Virus record (IMG/VR): IMGVR_UViG_3300043446_003158
Span: 96,001 to 160,000 of that record
Direction: 5' to 3' (one strand)
DNA: 64,000 bases
From: a virus
Shown: piece by piece, positions 8,813 through 18,499 of the stretch
Layout of the letters: each line of letters begins with the position of its first letter
Numbering within the stretch: position 1 is the stretch's first letter
Notes under the pieces: generated by a model
What the model was told of the DNA's origin: nothing
The model's input: only the letters and a program-made list of their open reading frames with translations
Databases searched by the model: none
Position numbers and translations under genes: made by a program

Positions 8813-9806
8813 AAGAGAATTCTTGTTTTGCAATTTCGTCAAGTTTTTGCATTACTTCTTCGGTAAAGTAATCTTCTGGATTCGCAAGAATTTGCTTTCC
8901 ATAGATTTTCTTACCGTCAATTTCGTAACGCCCTGCTACGTTTTTCCAAAGTCCGCCAATTTCACCGAGTTCAAGAAGACCATAATATCTATCAAGACCA
9001 CGATGATCGTAATAAAGGCGTACTTCAACATCTTTATTTTCCTTACTTAAACGTGATTTAGCAGTTTTTGCTTTGATAATATTCCCAATAACTTCAGTTC
9101 CGTCTTTTTCCTTTTTCTTGGAAAGATAGATAATGCTAGAAGCAGCATATTTTAAACCACTTCCACCACCCATTTCTTTTGTTGGAACATAAGCACCAAT
9201 AACATCATAGGTGTGATTAGTTACAATCATAGGAATGTTTGCCTGCCCCAACTTGAGTGTAAGCATACGGAAGGCACCTTTTACAAGTTGTGATTTAGTC
9301 ATGTCACGAACTTGCTTATCATTAAGAGCATCAGTAATCTCCTTTTCAGTTGAAAGCATACCTAAAGAGTCTAACACAAACATACAGGGTTTGCGTTCTT
9401 CTGCAGGTTTCTTTAAGTAAATATCAACTGCCTTTAGTGCCTTACCACGAAACTCTTCTACGGTGACAACATTAACCACGACAAGACGAGATGTGTCGAT
9501 GCCGCGTGACTCCAAGAGTGATTTAGTAATGGCAGCTTCAGTATCAAAGTAGAGACAATAACCATCGGGGTGAGTATCAAGAAAATTCTTAACCACAGCG
9601 ATAGAGAAAAAAGTTTTTCCAGTAGAAGACTCTCCAGCAATAGCAGTAATCTTATTCCCAGATACACCACCAAATATGCTACCTGAAACCAGTGCATTAA
9701 AAATGTACGAACCTGTGTCAACATAAGTTTCAGTCTCATCTATATCAGAAGCGAGAGAAGCATATTCTCCCCCAACCTCTTTAATTATATCCTTTAGAAA
9801 ATCCAT
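8799..9806 (-). CDS. uvsX: UvsX RecA-like recombinase
   Basis: [34 protein letters not shown]. Confidence 0.95.
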   Translation of the reverse strand: MDFLKDIIKEVGGEYASLASDIDETETYVDTGSYIFNALVSGSIFGGVSGNKITAIAGESSTGKTFFSIAVVKNFLDTHPDGYCLYFDTEAAITKSLLESRGIDTSRLVVVNVVTVEEFRGKALKAVDIYLKKPAEERKPCMFVLDSLGMLSTEKEITDALNDKQVRDMTKSQLVKGAFRMLTLKLGQANIPMIVTNHTYDVIGAYVPTKEMGGGSGLKYAASSIIYLSKKKEKDGTEVIGNIIKAKTAKSRLSKENKDVEVRLYYDHRGLDRYYGLLELGEIGGLWKNVAGRYEIDGKKIYGKQILANPEDYFTEEVMQKLDEIAKQEFSYGTN

Positions 9807-9930
9807 TCTTCTTTACCTTAAGTATGTTTATTTTATAAGACCAAAGTTTATTATAAAGTTTGGGATTAGAAAACTTTATTGTTTCAATAATAATGTCTAG
9901 TTCTTTTTCATTAATAGGAAGTTTTATCAT
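9781..9930 (-). CDS. 49-aa protein, paralog of 9927..10091 (not in ORF track)
   Basis: [32 protein letters not shown]...; ATGA overlap with upstream ORF. Confidence 0.6.
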   Translation of the reverse strand: MIKLPINEKELDIIIETIKFSNPKLYNKLWSYKINILKVKKNGFSKGYN

Positions 9931-10091
9931 GCAACTATCCCATATTCTTCTCGGAGAATTTTTTTATAAGGCAAACCTTGATCTTTAAGTTCTTTTACAA
10001 GTTTTAGTTTATGATAAAGAGCAGCATCTCCACCAAAACCAAGTGCTTTTACAATAGTATTCAGTTCTTTATCATTAATAGGCAAATCCAT
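9927..10091 (-). CDS. 54-aa conserved hypothetical protein (not in ORF track)
   Basis: [54 protein letters not shown]. Confidence 0.7.
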   Translation of the reverse strand: MDLPINDKELNTIVKALGFGGDAALYHKLKLVKELKDQGLPYKKILREEYGIVA

Positions 10092-10094
10092 AAA

Positions 10095-10214
10095 TCACTC
10101 AAACTTATAATGTGAATATTGAGATTTAAAAATTTCTACCTGTTCTTTAGTTTTAAAGAACTTAAAAAGGACAGTATTTGGAAATTCTTTAAGTTGATAT
10201 TTGACTTTAATCAT
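10095..10214 (-). CDS. 39-aa hypothetical protein (not in ORF track)
   Basis: MIKVKYQLKEFPNTVLFKFFKTKEQVEIFKSQYSHYKFE; TAATG overlap with gp43 stop. Confidence 0.6.
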   Translation of the reverse strand: MIKVKYQLKEFPNTVLFKFFKTKEQVEIFKSQYSHYKFE

Positions 10215-12715
10215 TAGGAAAAAAATAGTTCAAGGTTTACAGTTTTTTCTTCTTTCCACCCAATAATATTCAAAATTGTTTTGAGTGGATCCAAGAATGC
10301 TTTTTCAAATTGTAGTTCATAGTCAATATATTTGTCAAGACCAAGTTCAGTAGGAAACTGTTGAATGAATGAAATTACATTTTCCTGAATAGTGTTTGGT
10401 TTTTTAAGAAAAATAAATTTGACTTTTTCACCATTATTAATAAGTGAATATTTATTGGTAAGTTTTTTTTGTTTTATATAATAATTAAAAAGGAGTGCTC
10501 CGCGAACTTGAATTGGTGTTTTAGGAGCATAAATGTCAGATGAAGAATAATACTTACGAACATCGGAGGCAGTTCTTGGAAAAGCAATCTGTTCTGGCGG
10601 AAGACTCTTAAACTCTTCGCGGCACTTATCAATAAATTCAATCATATCATTTTCGGATCCGCTCATCATAATGTTAAAAGATTCTTTTAACATCTTGCGA
10701 CAGGGAGCAGGAGTAGAAGATTTAATTGCTTCAATTCCTTTAATTTTCAGTTTAGGTTCTTCATAACGAACACCTTCACTATCCCATACACTCAAGATGT
10801 ATCGCTTCTTCGCAGTCCAAATACCACGTTCAGCAATACATTCACGCTTCATGAACATCTTTTGATCATAAGCATTTACATACTCAGCCAGTTCTTGGTA
10901 AGAACTTTCAATATACTTTTCAAATTCCATCCGACAGACCTTATCAAGGAACGAAACAACGCCTTGAGTAGTTTTCTCTCTTCCCTTGTATACACTTTCA
11001 ACCAAAGGACCCATATTAACGTAAAGAGAATCAGTATCTGAAGCAATAACATAATCTACATCTCCACTCTTAAGAATTTTGTTTAGGTATTCATTTACCT
11101 TATTCATAATCCAATTGATTGAAACCTGCCCAGAAAGAGTGATTGCTTCTGCATTCGCCAACTTAAAGTATCGGAAATACTGATTACCAATTGCACCATA
11201 AGCAGAGTTTAATTGAATCTTACGTGCCATTTGGATGTTATTGCACCGAGCAATCTCTTTTTCCAACTCCTTTGTCTTTTTCTTTTCGTATGCTTGTTCT
11301 GCCTCAAGCATTTTCTTTTTGAAAATCACACGTTCATTATAGATTTTCTCCATAAGTTCTGGTAGAAATCCACGAATATCCTTACGATACATAGCACCAT
11401 TTGCACATACCGCATAATCCTTATACATCTCAAAGTTAATGCTCTGATTCAGAATCTTATCAACATTAACTGATGGATGTCGCTCTTCAACCAGAGTTTC
11501 TGGGGAGATGTTATATTGCATAATCAAATGTGGATATAGGGAGTTAAGGTCAAAACTCACCACCCAATCATACATTCCAGGAATTGGTTCTTTTACATAG
11601 GCACCTTCATACTTGGAATCCTTATCAGAACGCTCTTTAGGGGGAATCACAATATTTCTCTTTTTAAGATAATTGTAAATGATTGTATCCCACATACGAA
11701 CTTGAGAAAACACGTCCTCATAGTTTGCCTTGGCATCATATGCCATCGTAAGAGCAAGTTCAATTAGTTTCATCTTGTCTTCCAAACGGTCAACAAGTTC
11801 CACGTCCTTGATGTTATATTCTACGAACTTTTGCCAACCTTTTGTATAGAAATCCTTGAACGTATCAAACTCAGAGTGATCCAGTTTCTTTTGCTTAAGT
11901 TCAACCTCGGCAATATAATCTAGGCGATAAGATTCTTGTGCCTTGTAAGTAAATTTCTTATAAAGATCAAGATAGTCTAACTGTGAGATTCCACCAATAT
12001 CATAACAAAGATGTTCACGCCCAGAAATATAAACCTTATCTTCAGTCACCAACCCCCAAGGAGACAATCGTTTCATTAATTTTTCACCAAGAACACGATC
12101 AATACGCCGAACAAGATATGGAATATCGTACAGTTTACTATTCCATCCAGTTACAACTTCTGGAATATTTTCTTCAATCATCCACCAGTGAATAAAATCA
12201 TTCAAAAGATTATATTCATTAGAAAATGAACGATAAGAAACGTTCTTTTGATTATTTTGAAATGGTCCTTTTCCCCAAGTACGAATTTGTTTTGATGAAT
12301 AATCCTGAACAGTAATCAAAAGAACTTCTTCCGATGCAGATTCCACATCAGGAAATCCATTTTCAGAAGCAACCTCAATATCAATTGTAGTTACTTTAAT
12401 CTTGTTAATATCAAACTTAAGTTCTTCTTCTGGATAAATGTCAGAAATATATTGGTAGATATATTGAGTATTTCCAAAGATTTTGAAATTTTCTACGTTC
12501 TCATATTTTTTAACAAATTCCCTACAATCACGCACGGAACCAGGTTGAACTGATTCAACATATTCTCCACCTAAAGTTTTATATTTTGTTTTATTATTTG
12601 AAGGGACAAAAAGAGTCGGGTTAAACTTTTCACGGGTCATGAAATGTTTTCCATCTTCATAACCACGGACAAGAAAGTTGTCCCCGACCATTTGAACGTT
12701 AGTATAAAATCTCAT
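10214..12715 (-). CDS. gp43: Family B DNA polymerase
   Basis: Exonuclease DIEV; SFDLNSLYPH; KIQLNSAYG; ASDTDS; no intein-size insertion. Confidence 0.98.
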   Translation of the reverse strand: MRFYTNVQMVGDNFLVRGYEDGKHFMTREKFNPTLFVPSNNKTKYKTLGGEYVESVQPGSVRDCREFVKKYENVENFKIFGNTQYIYQYISDIYPEEELKFDINKIKVTTIDIEVASENGFPDVESASEEVLLITVQDYSSKQIRTWGKGPFQNNQKNVSYRSFSNEYNLLNDFIHWWMIEENIPEVVTGWNSKLYDIPYLVRRIDRVLGEKLMKRLSPWGLVTEDKVYISGREHLCYDIGGISQLDYLDLYKKFTYKAQESYRLDYIAEVELKQKKLDHSEFDTFKDFYTKGWQKFVEYNIKDVELVDRLEDKMKLIELALTMAYDAKANYEDVFSQVRMWDTIIYNYLKKRNIVIPPKERSDKDSKYEGAYVKEPIPGMYDWVVSFDLNSLYPHLIMQYNISPETLVEERHPSVNVDKILNQSINFEMYKDYAVCANGAMYRKDIRGFLPELMEKIYNERVIFKKKMLEAEQAYEKKKTKELEKEIARCNNIQMARKIQLNSAYGAIGNQYFRYFKLANAEAITLSGQVSINWIMNKVNEYLNKILKSGDVDYVIASDTDSLYVNMGPLVESVYKGREKTTQGVVSFLDKVCRMEFEKYIESSYQELAEYVNAYDQKMFMKRECIAERGIWTAKKRYILSVWDSEGVRYEEPKLKIKGIEAIKSSTPAPCRKMLKESFNIMMSGSENDMIEFIDKCREEFKSLPPEQIAFPRTASDVRKYYSSSDIYAPKTPIQVRGALLFNYYIKQKKLTNKYSLINNGEKVKFIFLKKPNTIQENVISFIQQFPTELGLDKYIDYELQFEKAFLDPLKTILNIIGWKEEKTVNLELFFS

Positions 12716-12984
12716 CAGGAAATAATATCAATATATTTTTTAATAATATCAGAGTTTGGATTGATAATTGTTAAGATGCTGTCAGAATTGACTAAAAATT
12801 CATCTTGTTTTGTGTAGTCACATAACCAGTTTTGTAAGTAAACGTCTTCTGTTATTCCTTTTTTTATTTCACAAGGTTTAATTAGTTTACAATTTGGATC
12901 TCCTAATTCTGATTCAACTTCTTCAATTTGAGATATAACTATTGTACCATTTTTAAATACAATCGTCTTAATTGTTGCTTCCAT
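12715..12984 (-). CDS. Conserved hypothetical protein, Sm-like beta pattern
   Basis: Probable start MEATIK; paralogous to 12968..13312 and 28502..28921. Confidence 0.7.
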   Translation of the reverse strand: MEATIKTIVFKNGTIVISQIEEVESELGDPNCKLIKPCEIKKGITEDVYLQNWLCDYTKQDEFLVNSDSILTIINPNSDIIKKYIDIIS

Positions 12985-13312
12985 CTTCAGTCTCCTGACC
13001 ATTCACGTCTTCGTTGTTAGTTCCTTCTGGATCATACATTTTTGCAAGAGAATCAATTGGATCTACAATTGTAACAATCCAATCAAAAGGAACTACCATT
13101 TGATTACTTTTAGATAAAAGCATCCATTTGGTTAGAGATACATTTACAACACTTGAATTTTTTTCCTCTTCGGGAACTAAAACTGGTGAATCATAAAAAA
13201 CTCTTTGGGGATTGGTAAACAAATATCCATAAAGTTTTTCTTCCTGGTGAACTTCTTTAACATCCGCAATCACGGTTTCACCAGATTTTAACAAAACTAA
13301 TTTTACTGTCAT
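12968..13312 (-). CDS. Conserved hypothetical protein, Sm-like beta pattern
   Basis: VKLVLLKSGETVI..LFTNP..KWM..DWIVT. Confidence 0.75.
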   Translation of the reverse strand: MTVKLVLLKSGETVIADVKEVHQEEKLYGYLFTNPQRVFYDSPVLVPEEEKNSSVVNVSLTKWMLLSKSNQMVVPFDWIVTIVDPIDSLAKMYDPEGTNNEDVNGQETEDGSNN

Positions 13313-13335
13313 TTTTTTTAAAGTTTCCTCTATCT

Positions 13336-13364
13336 ATTTTAGCAAGAAAAAAAGGAGGTGTCAA
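13336..13364 (-). promoter_or_regulatory. Sigma70-type promoter for the gp43 operon
   Basis: TTGACA (13364-13359), 17-bp spacer, TGn-TAAAAT (13341-13336). Confidence 0.85.
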
Positions 13365-13387
13365 CTGGATTTTGCCAGTTACCTCCC
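13348..13387 (-). terminator. hsp20 terminator hairpin overlapping the above promoter
   Basis: GGAGGT-AACTGG-CAAAAT-CCAGTT-GAC-ACCTCC-TTTTTTT. Confidence 0.75.
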
Positions 13388-13418
13388 GTGGCATAGCGCC
13401 GACGATATTCAATTTTAT

Positions 13419-13853
13419 TTATAGATAATCTTTTCGTTTGTGATACTCTGGAACAATTCTACCAAGCACAACGGTTAGAAGCCCATCCTCAAAATCAACT
13501 GATCGTACTTCCGTATCATCAGAGAGTGTCCACGCTCTCTTAAAACTCCGTTGAGCCAAACCCTTGTGGAGATAGTTGGACTCCGTTTCTTTATCTTCCT
13601 TTTGGCCCTCCACAAAGAGTTTACCGTCTTGTGTGTAAACATAAACTTCTTTTTTCTTAAACCCAGCAAGTGCAATCTCTAGTCGAGATTCTACATTATT
13701 TACCTGAACTAGATTGTAAGGTGGATAATTTGTTGTAGTTTCATGAAGGTTGAATAGACGATCAAAATATTCATCCATTCCAATACTATTACGAGTAATT
13801 TTATCTAAAAGAGTAGGCAAATCAGTAGTAGTATACCTTGAGAGGTTAGTCAT
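13419..13853 (-). CDS. hsp20: Small heat shock protein (Hsp20/IbpA-like)
   Basis: YPPYNL, LEIALAGF, YLHKGLAQRSFKRAWTL, FEDGLLTVVL. Confidence 0.95.
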   Translation of the reverse strand: MTNLSRYTTTDLPTLLDKITRNSIGMDEYFDRLFNLHETTTNYPPYNLVQVNNVESRLEIALAGFKKKEVYVYTQDGKLFVEGQKEDKETESNYLHKGLAQRSFKRAWTLSDDTEVRSVDFEDGLLTVVLGRIVPEYHKRKDYL

Positions 13854-13889
13854 TATAGTAGCTCCTTAAAAAGCGAGTTTGTGTTTTGT

Positions 13890-13954
13890 GGATCCTTTCG
13901 GCATCCGTATATAATTATAACAGAAAGAATAAAAAAGGGAGTGTTGAACCCCCT
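13890..13954 (-). promoter_or_regulatory. regA terminator, extended -10 promoter and GNRA hairpin in hsp20 leader
   Basis: AGGGGG-TTCAACA-CTCCCT-TTTTT (13954-13931); TGT-TATAAT (13919-13914); GGATGCC-GAAA-GGATCC (13906-13890); SD AAGGAG. Confidence 0.65.
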
Positions 13955-13960
13955 ACAAAA

Positions 13961-14401
13961 TCATTCGGTTTCTTCTACCCTTTTCTTTTTAGATCCAATA
14001 TTATATTTTGTTTCTAAAATCCATTCTCCCTTATCTTTATAAGAAAGAACTTTAATTTGATTTAATGGTGCAATATCTTGAATTTTTTCAAGATCTACAA
14101 TTGTAATTAGACCCCAATCCGCAAGAAGTTGGGCAATACGATTGCGACGCTGAACATCATTTACAGTAAGGTTTGCATGTTTGCCATCCAGGGCAAACAG
14201 TTCTTTAAAATGAACTAGATAATATCTACCTTGCTTATGTAAAATATGGCAAGATTGGTAGATTTTCTTTTCCTTTCTTGAAGCGACTCCGATACGAGTC
14301 AAAGTTTCACGCACTTTCAAAAAGTCATCAGGTTCATTAAGAACCACTTCAACCATTTGATTTGGCGTCCACTTCACTTCAGGTTCTTGAACGACACTCA
14401 T
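13961..14401 (-). CDS. regA: RegA translational repressor
   Basis: DDFLKVRETLTRIGVASRKEKKIYQSCHILHKQGRYYLVHFKELFALDG. Confidence 0.96.
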   Translation of the reverse strand: MSVVQEPEVKWTPNQMVEVVLNEPDDFLKVRETLTRIGVASRKEKKIYQSCHILHKQGRYYLVHFKELFALDGKHANLTVNDVQRRNRIAQLLADWGLITIVDLEKIQDIAPLNQIKVLSYKDKGEWILETKYNIGSKKKRVEETE

Positions 14402-14778
14402 TTTGTTCCTCCAGTTTCAAATTTTGATTTAATAAAATTAAGTTGTTCTGTAGTAAGAATCCTCAAAGCTTGTTTTGCCTTCTCATTACTATACCCATAA
14501 TAACGTTTGACATAATCAAGATCTTTGATTTTATCTTGTCGGAGCCAGGGAGAAAATCTCTTCTTTTTCCTCAGACTATTTATAAAAAACTCATATTGCA
14601 TCTTCTTTGGAAGAAAATGATATCGGTTCATTTCATTCGCAAACATAATGCAATCAACATGTCCAGACAAACAACGATTGATAATATAAGGTGCATATTC
14701 CTTCTCAAGTGAAGGATCTTCTTCAATCAGATTCTGTTTCGTTTGATTGATCGAGTTTAACCAGTCCTTCAATTCCAT
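14398..14778 (-). CDS. gp62: Clamp loader small subunit
   Basis: MELKDWLNSIN..YAPYIINR..KKKRFSPW..YYGYSNEKA; start corrected to 14778. Confidence 0.93.
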   Translation of the reverse strand: MELKDWLNSINQTKQNLIEEDPSLEKEYAPYIINRCLSGHVDCIMFANEMNRYHFLPKKMQYEFFINSLRKKKRFSPWLRQDKIKDLDYVKRYYGYSNEKAKQALRILTTEQLNFIKSKFETGGTK

Positions 14779-15598
14779 AATTAAAAAGCAGTAGTTCTTT
14801 ACGTGTTTTTTGATCTCGCATATATTCACCAACTGAACGCATCGTATAAGTCAAATCAAACTCCGCAGCATTCCAGTTCTTAAAGCGATCTTTGACAAGT
14901 TGATCAGAATTATAACTCACTAATTGATCCATGTTATTAGCATCGCAATCAGCAGCAAACTTATCGTGATCAAATCCTTTGTGCATTGATCCTTTTCTGC
15001 CATAGAGATTATCCTTAATGTCATAAGGAGGATCAAGATACATAAAAACACCCATATTTGCATCCATCAAATAATCATAAGAATAATTAGTTATACTCCA
15101 ATTTTTAATTATCTCAGAATACCCAGGCAGTTTTTGAATTCCCTGCAAACTAAAGTTGGAGTTGGATGCTTGTGGTGAAAATGATGAACTCTCTGTGAGA
15201 CCACTGAAACTACACTTATTGACAATATAGAAAGCCACAGCACGATCAAAATTTGACACAGTTTGGTCATTGATCCGCTCCTTTGACTGGAGAAAAAGTT
15301 CTCTTGCTAAATCAGGAGTATTATTTGCCGTCTTTAAATCTACCAATTCGCTTTTTAAATCATATCCAAACATCTGGAGTTGCTGCCAGAAATTTACAAG
15401 AGGTTCATATAAATCATTTACCCAAATATCTAGGTTAGGATATTTCTTCGTGATATAAATCGCAACACTTCCTCCACCAAGAAATGGTTCGCGGAATTGA
15501 TCATAATTGCGAAGGTCTGGGAAATAAGGTGCCATCTTTTCACAGGCACGGGACTTACCACCAGGATAACGAAGAGGGGTTTTTAAAGATTTCATCAA
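14723..15598 (-). CDS. dam: DNA adenine methyltransferase (Dam/D12 class)
   Basis: PLRYPGGKS, EPFLGGGSV (motif I), YLDPPY (motif IV), SYN, ELLLFNY. Confidence 0.93.
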   Translation of the reverse strand: MMKSLKTPLRYPGGKSRACEKMAPYFPDLRNYDQFREPFLGGGSVAIYITKKYPNLDIWVNDLYEPLVNFWQQLQMFGYDLKSELVDLKTANNTPDLARELFLQSKERINDQTVSNFDRAVAFYIVNKCSFSGLTESSSFSPQASNSNFSLQGIQKLPGYSEIIKNWSITNYSYDYLMDANMGVFMYLDPPYDIKDNLYGRKGSMHKGFDHDKFAADCDANNMDQLVSYNSDQLVKDRFKNWNAAEFDLTYTMRSVGEYMRDQKTRKELLLFNYGIEGLVKLDQSNETESD

Positions 15599-16167
15599 AG
15601 GTGCTCCTCAATCAAAGAAAACATATCATCAACATTACAGTCTTTTTCAGCAGGAATGACATTTTCAACAATCATAGTATAATCACCCTTCTTCAATGCA
15701 CATTTGGGGTCCTTTGCATTCTCATCAATACATTCGTAAACTTTATCCCATGTGGTATAACCCACAGACATAGCCTTAGTATCAACTAAAAGTAGATAAT
15801 CAAATGTTTTAATTAGATCTTCTTTTTTCCATTCTGTTTTATCTTTACTAGAAGGATGAAAATTTTTCAATACAAATGGCCTGCAGTCACCACGGCAGTC
15901 TTTACCAGTTTTGTCTTTACCTGTTTTAAACAGACCAAATTGACTTTTCATTTCAACAGGTTTTTTCGTTTCTTTTAGAATAAAATCCCTGCCAGTTTGA
16001 AAAAGTCCCACATGGTCCAATTGATCATCGGACCACTTACAAAAAGACTTCTCAGTATAATGGGCACGAAGTCCCCTGAATGCGGAACTTTTCATTTGTT
16101 TTGTATTGGATGCATTTACCCATCCAAAAAATTGCTCAAAGTTAACGCGAGAAAAATCAATACTCAT
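15595..16167 (-). CDS. Putative PD-(D/E)xK endonuclease
   Basis: TEK...GRDFILKETKKPVEMKSQ fits E..D..ExK; ATGA-coupled to the methylase; probable start MSIDF. Confidence 0.5.
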   Translation of the reverse strand: MSIDFSRVNFEQFFGWVNASNTKQMKSSAFRGLRAHYTEKSFCKWSDDQLDHVGLFQTGRDFILKETKKPVEMKSQFGLFKTGKDKTGKDCRGDCRPFVLKNFHPSSKDKTEWKKEDLIKTFDYLLLVDTKAMSVGYTTWDKVYECIDENAKDPKCALKKGDYTMIVENVIPAEKDCNVDDMFSLIEEHL

Positions 16168-16363
16168 AATCAGGTTTGTTATACTTAAGGTATTCAAAAA
16201 AAGTAAGTTTCATTTCCTTCTGCGTCATGCCACAGTGGGCAGCAGCAGCAGGCAAAGTCATTTTAGCACGAAAAAGACCTTCGTTTGCCTCTTGCACATT
16301 TGCAGGAGTTGTTTTTACTGGAACTACATATAAGGTTTTGTAATCGATTTTGTAAAAACTCAT
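16157..16363 (-). CDS. Conserved small hypothetical protein (HTH-like)
   Basis: MTLPAAAAHCGMTQKEMK pattern; overlaps gp44 stop. Confidence 0.7.
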   Translation of the reverse strand: MSFYKIDYKTLYVVPVKTTPANVQEANEGLFRAKMTLPAAAAHCGMTQKEMKLTFFEYLKYNKPDYEY

Positions 16364-17304
16364 TTGAATTCACACTCCACCATAATTTCTGTTAGTGCTG
16401 CTAAGAGGTTAATTTCTTGGTCAGCCACGAACGCACATTGGTATTGATACTTAGCAATAACAAGAACGGCAGCGGGAATAGATTGGGGTGAAAGGCAATC
16501 GTAACAGGCGTCATACACCCTACGAAGTAAACTAGAAGCATCGTTGTCCAAGTTCCCGACCACCCACTTTCGTACTTCCGAAAAGTTTTTTTCTTTGAGA
16601 TTTTTAACGAGTTCATTTACACTAATATCAGAGAAAGATGCAAGAATGCCAGAATCAATTTTACCTCCAGTTGAATATCTTTGACATTCATTTAAAACTC
16701 TTCGGAAATCTGGAAAATGCTTGGAGATTATTTCAACAAGAACTTTTTGATCATACTCAATTTTTTCCTGATCCAAGATCGTTTGGAGACGTTTGAAGAA
16801 AGATCCTGCAAGTTGTGCTTTTTGTTTTCCTTTAATTGTGAAGTCAATAACTGCACATCGGGAATGGAGAGGTTCAATAATTTTGTTTTTGTAGTTGCAG
16901 GTAAAAATGAATCTGCAGTTGTTATAAAATGCCTCAATATTCGCCCGTAATAGGAGTTGTACGTCGTTGCCCGTGTTATCTGCCTCATCGATGATGATGA
17001 CTTTGTGTTTAGAAGATCCCGTAAGTGAGACGGTCGAAGCAAAGTTTTTTGCTTGGTTCCGTACAGTATCCAAGAAACGTCCTTCGTCGGATCCGTTGAT
17101 GACATAATAATCTGCTCCTAGTTCGTTACATAATGCCTTTGCAATTGTAGTTTTACCAATACCAGGAGGTCCTGCAAGAAGAAGGTTAGGAATCTCACCC
17201 TTCTCCACAAACTCCTTGAATGTTTTTTTAGTATCATCGGGAAGAATACAATCCTCAATCACTTGAGGGCGGTACTTCTCCACAAAAAGAAATTCACTTG
17301 TCAT
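16360..17304 (-). CDS. gp44: Clamp loader large subunit (AAA+)
   Basis: FVEKYRP, GPPGIGKTT, IIDEAD, PLHSRC. Confidence 0.97.
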   Translation of the reverse strand: MTSEFLFVEKYRPQVIEDCILPDDTKKTFKEFVEKGEIPNLLLAGPPGIGKTTIAKALCNELGADYYVINGSDEGRFLDTVRNQAKNFASTVSLTGSSKHKVIIIDEADNTGNDVQLLLRANIEAFYNNCRFIFTCNYKNKIIEPLHSRCAVIDFTIKGKQKAQLAGSFFKRLQTILDQEKIEYDQKVLVEIISKHFPDFRRVLNECQRYSTGGKIDSGILASFSDISVNELVKNLKEKNFSEVRKWVVGNLDNDASSLLRRVYDACYDCLSPQSIPAAVLVIAKYQYQCAFVADQEINLLAALTEIMVECEFK

Positions 17305-17307
17305 AAT

Positions 17308-17820
17308 TTAGATCCAATCAGGTTTTCGTTGCGGCATACGAAGATAATTAGATGCAACCCAAGGTTTGGATGCGATATACATCTTGTAAGCAGTAAAAGT
17401 GTCAATGCTTGTGTCAAGTTTATACTCATCTGGCATAGCACGGGCAAATGGACTTACTTCTGTAATCTTCCCCTTAGGAAACAAATAATATGCTTGCAAC
17501 AAAGTATTATAACATGAGTGTTGTTTACCATATCGCAAATTATATTCATCGGCAAGATTCATACCATGTTTAATTAACCAATAGGCATTATGAATACTAT
17601 CCAGCGCCCATTTAGTACAAGGATGATTGCGAAATGCACCTTTTTCAGTTTTATAAGGAGTGCCATCACTCTTGTGTAGAGGACCATATCCATGACCCCA
17701 TTTGTCAGATGCCACAATAGAAAGCATTTGGCAGCACTCTAGAGGCATCTTAACGATGTGTTTGTCAGGAAGGCAAATGGCACTTTCAGCAGGCCAAGGG
17801 GAAGTTACAAAAATGTTCAT
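17308..17820 (-). CDS. denV: Pyrimidine-dimer DNA glycosylase (DenV/endonuclease V family)
   Basis: MNIFVTS..LPDKHIVKMPLECCQMLS..HPCTKW..EYNLRYGKQH. Confidence 0.8.
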   Translation of the reverse strand: MNIFVTSPWPAESAICLPDKHIVKMPLECCQMLSIVASDKWGHGYGPLHKSDGTPYKTEKGAFRNHPCTKWALDSIHNAYWLIKHGMNLADEYNLRYGKQHSCYNTLLQAYYLFPKGKITEVSPFARAMPDEYKLDTSIDTFTAYKMYIASKPWVASNYLRMPQRKPDWI

Positions 17821-18482
17821 CCGAAGGTTGAATCAGGTTCCAGAGCAATATAATACTTCAGATTGTACTTGGTGTTCGTGAATTGTGACAAAAGTTTAGA
17901 AGACACCACAACGTCATACGCACCAGGAATAATCTTGATGTTTTCTACTTTAAAGTTAAAGGTAAACTCGGTATCAGTTTCACCAACAACGATAGCATAT
18001 TCATTAGAAGTATCATTTTTCTTATCACGAACCACAAGTTTAATGACACCCGCCTCACCAATGGCAGAAAAATCTGGAAGTTGATAAACTGCTGCTGCCT
18101 TTACCAGTTTTTCAAGAGATGTGCTATCAAGTTGAAAGCAAACATCTTTTGAAGGTAATTGAATATCCTTTTCAGGAGGAGAAACAATTACGTTAGGATC
18201 TGCGAAGAAATACTTTACTCGCCTCTTACCTTCACGAATGCTCAAATAAGATTCTTCCTTAAAGTCCAGATCTGGATCTTGGTGAAGTCCAAGTCCATTC
18301 AAGAACTGATTAAGATCATAAATGGCAAAATCACGAGGAAACTCTTCAGTAATCTCTGCTTCTGCCAGGATATTTTTTGCCACGGAAATAGTACGAAGGC
18401 GATTTCCTCCTTTTACAAGAATTGAATTGTTAATACTTGCAAAATTCTTAAGGATAGTCAACGTGTTATCGGAAAGTTTCAT
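17817..18482 (-). CDS. gp45: Sliding clamp
   Basis: MKLSDNTLTILKNFASINNSI..FAIYDLNQFL..YYIALEPDS. Confidence 0.96.
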   Translation of the reverse strand: MKLSDNTLTILKNFASINNSILVKGGNRLRTISVAKNILAEAEITEEFPRDFAIYDLNQFLNGLGLHQDPDLDFKEESYLSIREGKRRVKYFFADPNVIVSPPEKDIQLPSKDVCFQLDSTSLEKLVKAAAVYQLPDFSAIGEAGVIKLVVRDKKNDTSNEYAIVVGETDTEFTFNFKVENIKIIPGAYDVVVSSKLLSQFTNTKYNLKYYIALEPDSTFG

Positions 18483-18499
18483 AGTTTCTGGTTTTAGTT

